Below, in pieces: positions 46,505 to 56,749 of a stretch of DNA of 64,000 nt. A program made the position numbers and the translations under genes. Source of the stretch: an uncultured virus (IMG/VR IMGVR_UViG_3300028734_000019) (lineage: Duplodnaviria; Heunggongvirae; Uroviricota; Caudoviricetes); the IMG/VR virus record IMGVR_UViG_3300028734_000019, positions 1-64,000 of that record; one strand, 5' to 3'. Numbering within the stretch: position 1 is the first letter of the stretch; each line of letters starts with the position of its first letter. The notes under the pieces are model-generated. The model was not told the origin of the DNA and ran no database searches. It saw nothing but the letters and a program-made list of their open reading frames with translations.

Positions 46505-47128
46505 ATGAAAATATTATTTGAAGAATTTATATTAGAGTCAAAAAATTATAATCTTTATAAGGGAGTTAATGAATTAAAAAATATTTTACTTGACGGCAAA
46601 ATAAAATTACTAAAAAGCGAATGGGGTAACCAATGGAGTTCTGATATGAGAAGAAATTTAGGAATAAAAGATGGAATTGGAATATCAGTGACTAGAAATT
46701 TTTCAACTGCAGTAGGTTATGGTAATTGCGTTATTGAATTTGATACTCAGAAACTAAGTGATAAATATAAGATTATTCCTATTGTTGAAAATTTGGATTA
46801 TTACCTAAAATTACCAAAAAATAAAACTAAAGGATTATCAATTGCACAAGAACTTAGATTAAAAGAATTTGGAAAAGAATATTGGGATATTAAAACAAAT
46901 AAAGATGCATATGATTTTAATATATCAGAAGAAATTATAGTATCAAATGAAGTTTCAATAAAATATATAAAAAAAGTATATATTATTTATAGTAATAGAG
47001 ATAGATCAAATGAAATTGAATTACTAAAAAAAAATAATATTCCTTATGAAATAATATCAAACGACGATAAATATTTATCCAAAGTCAAATATAGAAAAAA
47101 TAAGATTAATACTTATTCACAGATGTGA
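46505..47128 (+). CDS. Capsid-targeted-like protein, possible ADP-ribosyltransferase fold
   Basis: MKILFEEFILES N-terminus; LYKG ... ISVTRN ... SEEII spacing resembles ART motifs. Confidence 0.35.
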   Translation: MKILFEEFILESKNYNLYKGVNELKNILLDGKIKLLKSEWGNQWSSDMRRNLGIKDGIGISVTRNFSTAVGYGNCVIEFDTQKLSDKYKIIPIVENLDYYLKLPKNKTKGLSIAQELRLKEFGKEYWDIKTNKDAYDFNISEEIIVSNEVSIKYIKKVYIIYSNRDRSNEIELLKKNNIPYEIISNDDKYLSKVKYRKNKINTYSQM

Positions 47129-47703
47129 TATTATTATCTTTAAATTCTATTTCTAAATTATTTGAGAATATTTCTACAACCTCATCATCTTTCATATAAA
47201 CATAATCTTCACTTGAAGGTAGCCAGCCATTCAAAGATTCATTTAATCTACAAGATTTTTTAAGTCTTAATTGTAAAATTTCGTCTAATTCTTTAAATTT
47301 CATTGTGTTTACATTTATAATGATTATGAATGCAAAGATACTTCTTTATATTCATTATATTCATTATATAAATGACTATTGTGATTGTTTAATGATTTTT
47401 AACTATGATATTAAAATTCTGATTATTAGTTAATTACAAATAAAGATAAACTATTTATTTATTTGTACCTATACAATAACATACTGAGTTAATTTATGGT
47501 AACTATTTATTACTATATAATAACATATACAATAATTATAAATCAAATTAGAATCACCTAATTTTATAATTAATTGATGATTTTTAATCTGCTGATTTCC
47601 TTACTGCGAATCATATCTTATAGGCAGATTTAACTATTTTATTACTTTGGATTTATACAACATCCTATTTTTTGAAATCATCAATCAAAAACAAATTAAA
47701 GAC

Positions 47704-48168
47704 ATGAGAAAAATTTTAATAGGCATAATAATGCTATTGGCTTTTAGTATGTATACTAATTCACAAACAGTCCAAACAAAATTTATAGATAAATTCGATA
47801 AATTATCTATGTCACTAAGCAATGAGTTTAAAATTCCAGTTAGTGTAATTCTTTCAATTTCTCTATGGGAAAGTGGATCTGGAACAAGTAAATTAAGTAA
47901 AACTAAGCATAATTACTTTGGAGTAAAACAAGGAAATCATTATAAACGTTATGAAAATGATTCAACATCATTTAGACATTTTTGTGAATTTATTTCAAAA
48001 AGAAAGTATTATAATACTTTAATTACAAATAATGTTACTGATTATAATATATGGGTACATAATATTAAAAGAGGAGGATATTCAGAAACCAGAACATGGG
48101 ACAAACATATAATTTATATGATCAAAATGTACAATTTGAATAAGTTTGATGAAAATACTGAAAAATAA
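47704..48168 (+). CDS. GH73 glucosaminidase / FlgJ-type peptidoglycan hydrolase with signal peptide
   Basis: WESGSG, HNYFGVK and GGYSE motifs; hydrophobic N-terminus from ATG 47704. Confidence 0.8.
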   Translation: MRKILIGIIMLLAFSMYTNSQTVQTKFIDKFDKLSMSLSNEFKIPVSVILSISLWESGSGTSKLSKTKHNYFGVKQGNHYKRYENDSTSFRHFCEFISKRKYYNTLITNNVTDYNIWVHNIKRGGYSETRTWDKHIIYMIKMYNLNKFDENTEK

Positions 48169-48305
48169 TTTATAGATTATTTAATCTATTTATTTTTTCT
48201 ATTCTATCATTTTTAAGTTTTTTTATTTCAGCTTCTCTATCATATATTATTTTAAATGTACAGTTATAAAATGCTGGATTTGCTACTATATCATAAGTGA
48301 AAAGT

Positions 48306-48617
48306 TTACGTAAGTTTACTTCCAATTTGTTTCAATTTTTTTTTTCTTAGATGCTTAACATACTCATTTGGAAAGTTATCATAATCTAATACTGGTTTTT
48401 TAGTTGCTTCTTTTATGACATCTAATTGCCATTGTATTGATTCAATTGGATCTTCACATTCACCTTCATATGATAATATTGTTATTGGATTTTCTGTACA
48501 AGCTTCAGGTATATTAGTTTCATCATTATAATACACCTCATAAACACCAAAATGTACATCTGAGTATGAATCTGATGCTATTCTTCTTGCTAATATTCTA
48601 TAATTCCAATTTGACAT
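48306..48617 (-). CDS. Conserved phage protein (WNYR ... EVYY) with RxxKLxxI tag
   Basis: MSNWNYRIL ... YEVYY ... KPVLD ... LRKKKLKQI. Confidence 0.6.
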   Translation of the reverse strand: MSNWNYRILARRIASDSYSDVHFGVYEVYYNDETNIPEACTENPITILSYEGECEDPIESIQWQLDVIKEATKKPVLDYDNFPNEYVKHLRKKKLKQIGSKLT

Positions 48618-48700
48618 AATATTTGTATATATATAAGATGAAATAGTTTAATAAAAAAGTCAGAATAAATATTCTGACTTTTTTAATGACTTTTTTATTT

Positions 48701-51700
48701 TTATCCAACATTCAACCATTGAGCGAGTGGCTGAACAATATACATAGAAAATAGAAAAATCATTAATATAATAATTGCTGTTGTTGGATATAATTTCCAA
48801 TGAAATTTTATTTTAGTAATAAATGATGATAAATGACATATAATGCATATCATAAGTGATATAATTTCTAAAAAAAGTAGAACATTTAGTTTTTCCATGA
48901 TTAATTTATTAAATTTAATTTATTTAATTTATTCTTTCTTGTTACATTTATTATTGCAATGTCAATGAGTTTATCAGTGTATTCATCTTTATAATATCTG
49001 AATTTATATGAATTCTTCATAATTTCCAATTGATGCACGTTAGCATTCATCAATTTATTAAGAATACCTTCCTCCAATTTTTTGTAGAAAAGCATTTCTC
49101 CGACTACTTTAATATCCTTATATTTTAAAGTAAGTTCAGAAATTAATTCTAAGTCATCACAACTTTTTTTTAATTGTTCAATTAATTCCTTCATTTAATT
49201 ATTTAGATTAAACTTATTTTATATCCTAATTTTTTTAAACCTTTATGAAAATTGTCAATATCTAAAACTCCACTATTTTTTAGTAAAATATTAATATTAT
49301 CTATTTCCTTTTTTTCTTCAATTTCAAATTCTAATTGACCTTTCACAAATCTTATGACATCTGAATCATTAGGATATAAATTAACAATTTCTTTTAAATC
49401 ATCAGTAGTTAAATCGTATTTATTCATCATATCGCCTACTTCTGATAAATAGTCAAACACTGAATATCCTTCATTATCATCACTATTCACAAAATTTTTC
49501 ATTTCATTGTAGAATTTTTCTAATTTTACTTTCATGTTACATTATTTTTTTAGATGTTTTATTGAATATTGGTGCACAATTTTTTAATTTACACCATTGA
49601 ACAGAATTTAATGTTTTTGTGTCATACAAACTACCTGTTTTCTCTCCATTATATGAAATGTCATGATAGTAAACTTTACCCCAATGATACACAAGAATCA
49701 TATTTCTTTTGTGATCAGGATTATACCTACTTGGAATTTCATGAAATGGTACTTCTTTGCCAAGATTATAATTATCTGATAAATTATAATCCTTATATTC
49801 AAAGTTATCTAAACTTTGATATTCTGTACCATCAAACATCCAAGAATCTTTAATACTATTGAAATGAATATTCATTAATCTACAGAACTCTTGAGATTTT
49901 ATGATAGTAGTGTTAAGAAGACGAAATTCATTAATTGATATTCTTTTGTCTACTTTTTTTGTTTCATTTCTTATAGAAAAAGTATCAGTATTTTCATTAT
50001 ACTGTATCAATTTTTTACAATCTGTTTTATAATATACTTTTTTGTTCATTATTTATTTTTTAAGAGTAATTAGATAATACTCATCTTCAATTATCATTGA
50101 TTTGTATGATAAATCAGAAGTACATTGATAATTACCAGAAGGTAACATCATCAATATGTCTTGTTCTTCAATAGGTAAATCAAGTTGTTCATAATCACCA
50201 TCTAAGAAAACAGGAATATCAAATTCTGCTAATTCTTCAGCATCACCATGTATGTATGCACCTTTTCCTTTTGCTGAGTAATTACTTAGAACTCCTAAAT
50301 TAATATCATCAGTAGATATTAATAATTCTCTGTCACTTGAAGAGAACATACCATGTGGATTTGTTGTCGTAAATCTTAATTGCTTCATAAATATATTGTG
50401 TTATTATTCTTCAATGAAATTGCATATTAAATTATCACTAAATAAACTATCTGACTTTATGAAAATCACATATCCATTTTCAATTTTATTTATAAAATCA
50501 TTATAATTATTTTCAATTGTGCCTTTTATTTCTTTCAATTCAATACAATCAAAAAATTTAAAAGCATCATAATCATCATCTGATTTTTTTATTAACCATT
50601 CAGTTCTTTCTTCTTTTGTTTTAAAAGATACGTGACCATATCTGTGTTCATATGCAATGAAGTCATTATCAACTAATTCTAAATAATTCTCATCAATTAG
50701 ATTGTATGATTTCTCCGTCAATTTAGATTTAATTATACTTCTATCATATTCAAATAACAATGAATCAACACTACCGTCTTTTTCAACAAATTTAGATAAA
50801 AAATATTTTCTGAATTCTTCATCTTCACACGTTGTTTTTTTGTATTCTTCAATAAGTTCTTGCCTAATTTTCAAATATCTTGAAATTAAATCATTATCTT
50901 TATTTACAATTGATTTCATATATTAATTATCATATAATTGAGTTAATTTGCAAATTTCAAGTATTGTTATGTCTTTTGATACATCTTTACCTATGCTTCT
51001 ATTATATGGTATCTCAACTGTGAAATAGTAATCTTTCCTAATATCCCACATTATTGATTTTCTATTACCCCAAAATATCACAACATATGAGCTATCTGAT
51101 TTAAGTTTAATTGTCATATCAGTATAATAACTATCTTTGAAATACATTTGAAATACTTTGTTTTTTAAGTTATTATATTCACCTGATTTTAAGTGTTCTC
51201 CATTTTCAATAATACAATCTTTATATTTAGAATTGATAAAATCTGATTTTTCTGATAATTTAACAGAATAAGAATATATTAATCCTGAAATTACAGTAAA
51301 TAATAATGTGAACCAAATTATAAATAAAATGTTTTCAAATGTTTTCATAATAATATTTTTTTGCTTTAAGAATATTTATTATCTGAGTGTCTATTTCTGT
51401 GTGCTTACTTTTTCTGATGATGTTTTCTGTGAATATAAAATCTTCTCTAAAAATCCATAACCATGAATCTCTATTACCCCAATAACAAACTGTGTAAAAC
51501 CTATCATCATCACCACAAGTCGATAGATTAATAGTTATATCTGTATAATAACCATTTTTCTTATGAAGAAAAAAATGTTCATTCTTACTATCATATTCAA
51601 ACTTATCAAAGTTTCTCAGTATGAATTTTTTGCATCTTGATTTTATCATTGTTCTATTTTTAACTCACCAAAAATATCATTATCCATATCTACCATTTCT

Positions 51701-53322
51701 TGTAGTTGTTTTTCTCTTGAGTCCATTTTAAATCCATTTAAATAAAGTTGAGCGACATCATTTAAATCCATTATAATCAAGTGTGTATATAACAAGTCAA
51801 TTTTCATTTCTTCTATGTTCCACCCTTTATTATTTCTAATTCCATCTGATAATACATCAATAACACAAAACTCTCCACAAATTGACTTTATTAATATTGC
51901 AAGTGCAGAGTTATAAACTTTTTCTTTGTGACATCTTGTTATTATAGAGTCAGCTTTTTCTCTAAATTTCTCTAAAACTTCTTTGAAATTTCCAAGTGGT
52001 TTAATATCTTCTATTTTCATGATTATTTAATTTTTATTATAAATTCCTGATGATATCTATCTTTCCATCTTTCATATACACCACAGTTTTATCATATGTC
52101 CATTTTTCTTTACCATTTGACATTTTAACAATATTTAAAGGTCTTTCATATGTTCTGTTCATGTATTGAATGGACATTCCTTTTGATAATGTATATGTCT
52201 TGTTGGTTTCAAGCATCATGGCTGTATTAATAGTTGTATCTTTAATAGATATAAGTGTAACTCCTACCGATGTAGTCACTCTATTCTGAGATGAAACATA
52301 ACTACTCATAAATAAAAATAGAATAAATATGATATTTTTCACTTCTGAAGTATTTAATGATTTAGTTTTGAATCATATTCCATACCAATTGATATTAACC
52401 AATCATTAGCAGATTCAATAGTAGTAAAATGATCAGTTTCAAAAATATTCTCTTGAACACAATCCCAATATTCATTAAAATCTGGATGATTAACACATTC
52501 AATATCATCGTATGATTCATCTTCTGCTTTATAATCAATAACACAACAAATGACATCATCTTCAACATAACATAAAAATATAGCTTCATCAGTATTTATT
52601 TCACTTCTGTCCCTACCCTTATACTTTTCTTCAATCCTATTGTCTTTTATTGATAATACTTCATCATCATTCGCATCAGTGACTAAAGGACTCCATATTT
52701 CAGTTCCATTAATTACTGTCACAAAGGCTTTATAACCATCTTTGTTTTTGAATCTATAGTGTGTAACGACATCATTGTCAGGCTGAACTACAACAAACTC
52801 CCAATCAATAATACCAAAACATTCTTCTATTTTTTTCTTGCAATTTTCTAATATATTCATAAATTATTTAAATTTATATTTTTTCTTAGTTTCTTCAATG
52901 TCTTTATTCATTTTTTCAATAATAGAACTGATTTTGTTCTCTCTTTGTTCAGAACAACTTACATCTTCACCTCCATACTCTCCTATATTATCACATTCAT
53001 AATAATCAAACTTATATTTTGGATTATAAATTTTAGCAATATTATTTAATGCTTCATTTTTAATTTGCTGTAAAATTTCATCTTTCGTCATATAAATATA
53101 TTTAGATTATTTATCAAATCCAGCGAGTTCAATAACGATATCTTCTTTTAATTTACCAGTGCAAATAGCAAGAACCTCACTAATTTCAAAAATAGAAATT
53201 CTATTTTCTACATCTTCTTGATTTTTGCTTGATCGAACAAATGCTCTTGCATTTTTAATCATCATTTGATAATAAGGATTTTCCATTTGATTTAGTTTTA
53301 TAATTATGATACAAAGATACAA
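48701..53322 (-). other. Operon-like run of about 13 small hypothetical early-type genes
   Basis: Contiguous co-oriented ORFs from 48701 to 53107, TATCTTTG at about 53312-53319, terminator at 48652-48684. 50923 and 51335 are paralogues (YTDxTIxL ... WGNR). Confidence 0.55.
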
Positions 53323-53329
53323 CTATTTT

Positions 53330-53629
53330 TTATGCTTCAAGTAAAATATTATTATTTTTTGTGATTTTTTGTGATTCTTCTATTTGTTTTAATTTTACTT
53401 TCCTTTCTTCTTTCTCAGAATAAAAAAATCTATTAAAATTAGGAAGTGAATCATAATCATCTTCTAATGAGAAACAATAATAATTATATTGATAATTAAC
53501 AATAATACGCATCTCAATCATATATGTGTATATCTCATTAATTTCATAATATTTATTTATTATAAAACCATATATTGATTCTTTGCAACGATATTTCCTT
53601 TCTTTATTTATTTTTTTATTATCTGACAT
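53330..53629 (-). CDS. Small protein with RxxKLxxI tag, paralogue of 53619
   Basis: NFNRFFYSEKEERKVKLKQI. Confidence 0.6.
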   Translation of the reverse strand: MSDNKKINKERKYRCKESIYGFIINKYYEINEIYTYMIEMRIIVNYQYNYYCFSLEDDYDSLPNFNRFFYSEKEERKVKLKQIEESQKITKNNNILLEA

Positions 53630-53861
53630 TTTTAATATTTTCTAATTTTAATTTCCTTTCTTCCTTCTCAGTATAAAAATAATCATAAAAATTTAAATAT
53701 GTATAATAACCTTCCTCAAATATAAAATTTTCATAAATAGGATAATTATCCAAATATATTGAAATACAATTAAAAGATATCATATGAATATCATAAATAT
53801 TACCTTTAATACAATACTTTGAGTTTTTCTTACAAAGATGTTTCCTATTTATATTGAACAT
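53619..53861 (-). CDS. Small protein with RxxKLxxI tag
   Basis: NFYDYFYTEKEERKLKLENI. Confidence 0.6.
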   Translation of the reverse strand: MFNINRKHLCKKNSKYCIKGNIYDIHMISFNCISIYLDNYPIYENFIFEEGYYTYLNFYDYFYTEKEERKLKLENIKNVR

Positions 53862-53956
53862 GTTTTATAATTTTTTAATATTCGTGATACAAAGATATAT
53901 AAAAAAAGCCAGAACTAATCTGACTTTATTTTTTATTTTAAATTATTTTAAAAAAA

Positions 53957-55843
53957 TTATTTTACTTCCTCAAAATCTACGTCTGTCACATTTTCAGAAT
54001 CATCTTTATTAGGTGATTGAGTTTCATTTGTTGGATTAGAATCATTTGTTGACTCATTTTGAGATTTTTCATAAAGCTTAGAACTAATATTTTGCCAAGA
54101 ATCATTCAATTCTTTAATGCAGTTATCAATAGTATCAACATTTTGAGTTTTGTGAGCTTCTTTAAGATTACCAAGCTTAGAATTCAATTCAGTTTTGTTT
54201 TCTTCAGTTAACTTATCAGAAAAATCTTCAATTTGTTTTTCTGTTTGAAAAATCATAGAATCTGCTTGATTAAGTTTATCAACTTTCTCTTTTTCTTTTT
54301 TATCTGAATCAGCATTTTGTTCAGCTTCATTCTTCATTCTTTCAATCTCTTCTTTTGTTAACGATGATTTACCTTCAATTCTAATATCATTGGATTTTCC
54401 AGTTGCTTTATCAACAGCTTTGACTGTTAGAATAGAATTGCTATCAATGCTGAATGTGATTTCTACTTGTGGTGTACCTCTACGAGCAGGTGGAACATCA
54501 AGTGAAAATGTACCTAAGTGTTTGTTGTTTACATACATAGGTCTTTCTCCTGTACAAACATTAACCTGGACACTTGGTTGGTTATCCGAAGCCGTACTGA
54601 ATACCTGTGACTTACTTGTCGGTATTGTAGTATTTGCTTCTATCATTTTAGTTGATACACCACCCATGGTTTCAATACAGAAGCTCAACGCTGTAACATC
54701 AAGTAATAATATGTCAGTTGTATCTCCAGCAAGAACGGATCCTTGTATAGCAGCCCCTGATGCTATGGCAGTATCAGCGTTAAGAGACTTGTTAGATTTC
54801 TTACCAAAATATTTTTCAATGTTATCTACTAAATATGGTATTCTTGTGCTACCTCCTACAAGAACAATTTCATCAATATCACTTATATTCTTATTGCTTT
54901 TTTTAATTGATGATTTAATTAATTTCATTGTTTCGTCAACATAAAATTGAATTAATTGTTCAAATTTGGCACGAGTTATAGTTTTAACTAAATGTTTTGG
55001 CGTTCCGTCAACTGCAGTAATATAAGGTAAATTGATTTCTGTTTGTGTAACATTAGATAACTCAATTTTTGCTTTTTCTGCTGCTTCTGTGACACGTTGA
55101 AGAGCCATAGGATCTTTTCTTATATCTACTCCTGATTCTTTTAAAAAATCATCAGAAATGTAATTAACAAGTGCATCATCAATTAAATTACCTCCAAGAT
55201 CTAAACTACCATCTGTTGCTATTACTTCAAATAAGCCATCTTCAATTGAAATTGAACTAAAATCTGATGTACAACCACCACTATCTATTATAAAATATAA
55301 TTTATCAGTTTCATTTTTTATGTTTAATGAAGCAGCAGTTGGTTCTGATATAATTCTTTCTACTTTTAATCCAGCAATTTCTCCTGCTACTTTTGTGCTA
55401 CTTCTTTCATCTGAATTAAAATACGCTGGTACTGTTATTACAGCACTTTCTACATTTGCTCCAAGATAATCCTCTGCTGTTTTTTTCATTTTTTGAAGAA
55501 TGATTGCAGATATTTCTTCTGGTGAATATATTCTATCTCCAATTTTTACAGCAGCTTTACCATTATTATCTACAATGTCATAAGGACGTTTTAGATGTTT
55601 AACTTCGTCATAAGTTCTACCAATAAGTCTTTTGATATTAAAAATTGTGTTTTTTGGATTTAATGCTGCTTGCCTTTTAGCTGCATCACCAACTTTAATT
55701 TCTCCTGTTTTCACATCAAATGCAACAACAGATGGTGTTGATACTGATCCTTCTGAATTAGGTATGACAATTGTTTGTCCACCTTCTACAATAGATACTG
55801 CTGAGTTATATGAACCCAAGTCAATTCCAATAATTTTTCCCAT
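53957..55843 (-). CDS. dnaK: Hsp70 chaperone DnaK
   Basis: GIDLG, TPSVVAF, AVITVPAYF, EPTAA, LVGGSTRIP, DILLLDVT, C-terminal DVDFEEVK; 628 aa. Confidence 0.95.
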   Translation of the reverse strand: MGKIIGIDLGSYNSAVSIVEGGQTIVIPNSEGSVSTPSVVAFDVKTGEIKVGDAAKRQAALNPKNTIFNIKRLIGRTYDEVKHLKRPYDIVDNNGKAAVKIGDRIYSPEEISAIILQKMKKTAEDYLGANVESAVITVPAYFNSDERSSTKVAGEIAGLKVERIISEPTAASLNIKNETDKLYFIIDSGGCTSDFSSISIEDGLFEVIATDGSLDLGGNLIDDALVNYISDDFLKESGVDIRKDPMALQRVTEAAEKAKIELSNVTQTEINLPYITAVDGTPKHLVKTITRAKFEQLIQFYVDETMKLIKSSIKKSNKNISDIDEIVLVGGSTRIPYLVDNIEKYFGKKSNKSLNADTAIASGAAIQGSVLAGDTTDILLLDVTALSFCIETMGGVSTKMIEANTTIPTSKSQVFSTASDNQPSVQVNVCTGERPMYVNNKHLGTFSLDVPPARRGTPQVEITFSIDSNSILTVKAVDKATGKSNDIRIEGKSSLTKEEIERMKNEAEQNADSDKKEKEKVDKLNQADSMIFQTEKQIEDFSDKLTEENKTELNSKLGNLKEAHKTQNVDTIDNCIKELNDSWQNISSKLYEKSQNESTNDSNPTNETQSPNKDDSENVTDVDFEEVK

Positions 55844-55854
55844 AATTTACTTTT

Positions 55855-56088
55855 TTATTTTTTATTTAATTTTTCTAATTTTAATTTTCTATATTCTTTA
55901 ACAGACATGAATCTTGTTACTCTGAATCTTCCTTTTATATCAGTTAATGAAACACTAATAGTATTAAAATAATATCCGTCATTCTTTACCTCATATGTTG
56001 AGTATTTTTTTAAATTTTTATATGGTTCATATGTAGTAGTATCATCACTATCATCAATACAAACTACAATTTCTCCTAATTTAAACAT
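55855..56088 (-). CDS. Small SH3/KOW-like protein with RxxKLxxL tag
   Basis: FKLGEIVVCID ... YRKLKLEKL. Confidence 0.6.
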   Translation of the reverse strand: MFKLGEIVVCIDDSDDTTTYEPYKNLKKYSTYEVKNDGYYFNTISVSLTDIKGRFRVTRFMSVKEYRKLKLEKLNKK

Positions 56089-56111
56089 TATTATTTAATT
56101 ACTTCTTATTA

Positions 56112-56173
56112 TTCAAATCTTATGCCAAAACAAATATAATGACAATGAGTCATAGTATATGACAAATTGACAT
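56112..56173 (-). promoter_or_regulatory. Putative sigma54-like promoter with upstream TGTCA/TGAC boxes for the dnaK unit
   Basis: Minus strand ATGTCAATTTGTCAT ... ATGACTCATTGTCAT ... TGGCAT-AAGAT-TTGA. Confidence 0.4.
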
Positions 56174-56184
56174 TATATATTTTT

Positions 56185-56463
56185 TTAACTGTCAAAAACA
56201 ATCATCATTTTATTTATCCAAGGATGTGCTTCAAAAAAAGCTAATACCCAATAATATGCTTCTGTGTCATAATCATCTCTATTTTCTTCAATTAATTCAG
56301 ATTTTATCCAATGAGATATACCTTCTACTGATGATATATTATGCTCTCTTATATAATCGCAACAGTCGTTCCATTCCATGTTAGAATTTATTGTTATAAA
56401 TTCTATAATCTCACATTCATCTACATAATGAATCTGTTTAGTTTCATCTAATACTTGTTTCAT
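56185..56463 (-). CDS. Hypothetical acidic protein
   Basis: 92 aa ORF. Confidence 0.5.
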   Translation of the reverse strand: MKQVLDETKQIHYVDECEIIEFITINSNMEWNDCCDYIREHNISSVEGISHWIKSELIEENRDDYDTEAYYWVLAFFEAHPWINKMMIVFDS

Positions 56464-56749
56464 ATTTTTAAGATTAATAATACCAACAATTTAAACAAGC
56501 TTCAATATTATCATCAATTTCAACTAATGATTCTAAATCTTGACTTCCATGTGGAAAAATCTCATTACTTGAAATTTTTTCTCTTAAATCATCAATATGC
56601 TTTAATAGATTTTCTCTAAGAGTTACTTCATATTTTTTTCTATCTTCTTCTGTCATTTTTATATTTTGTGCAAAGATAATAAAATTATTTGTATCTTACA
56701 AATTTTCGCAAAAAAAAAGGATGAAAATAATTTTTTCATCCTTTTTTAT

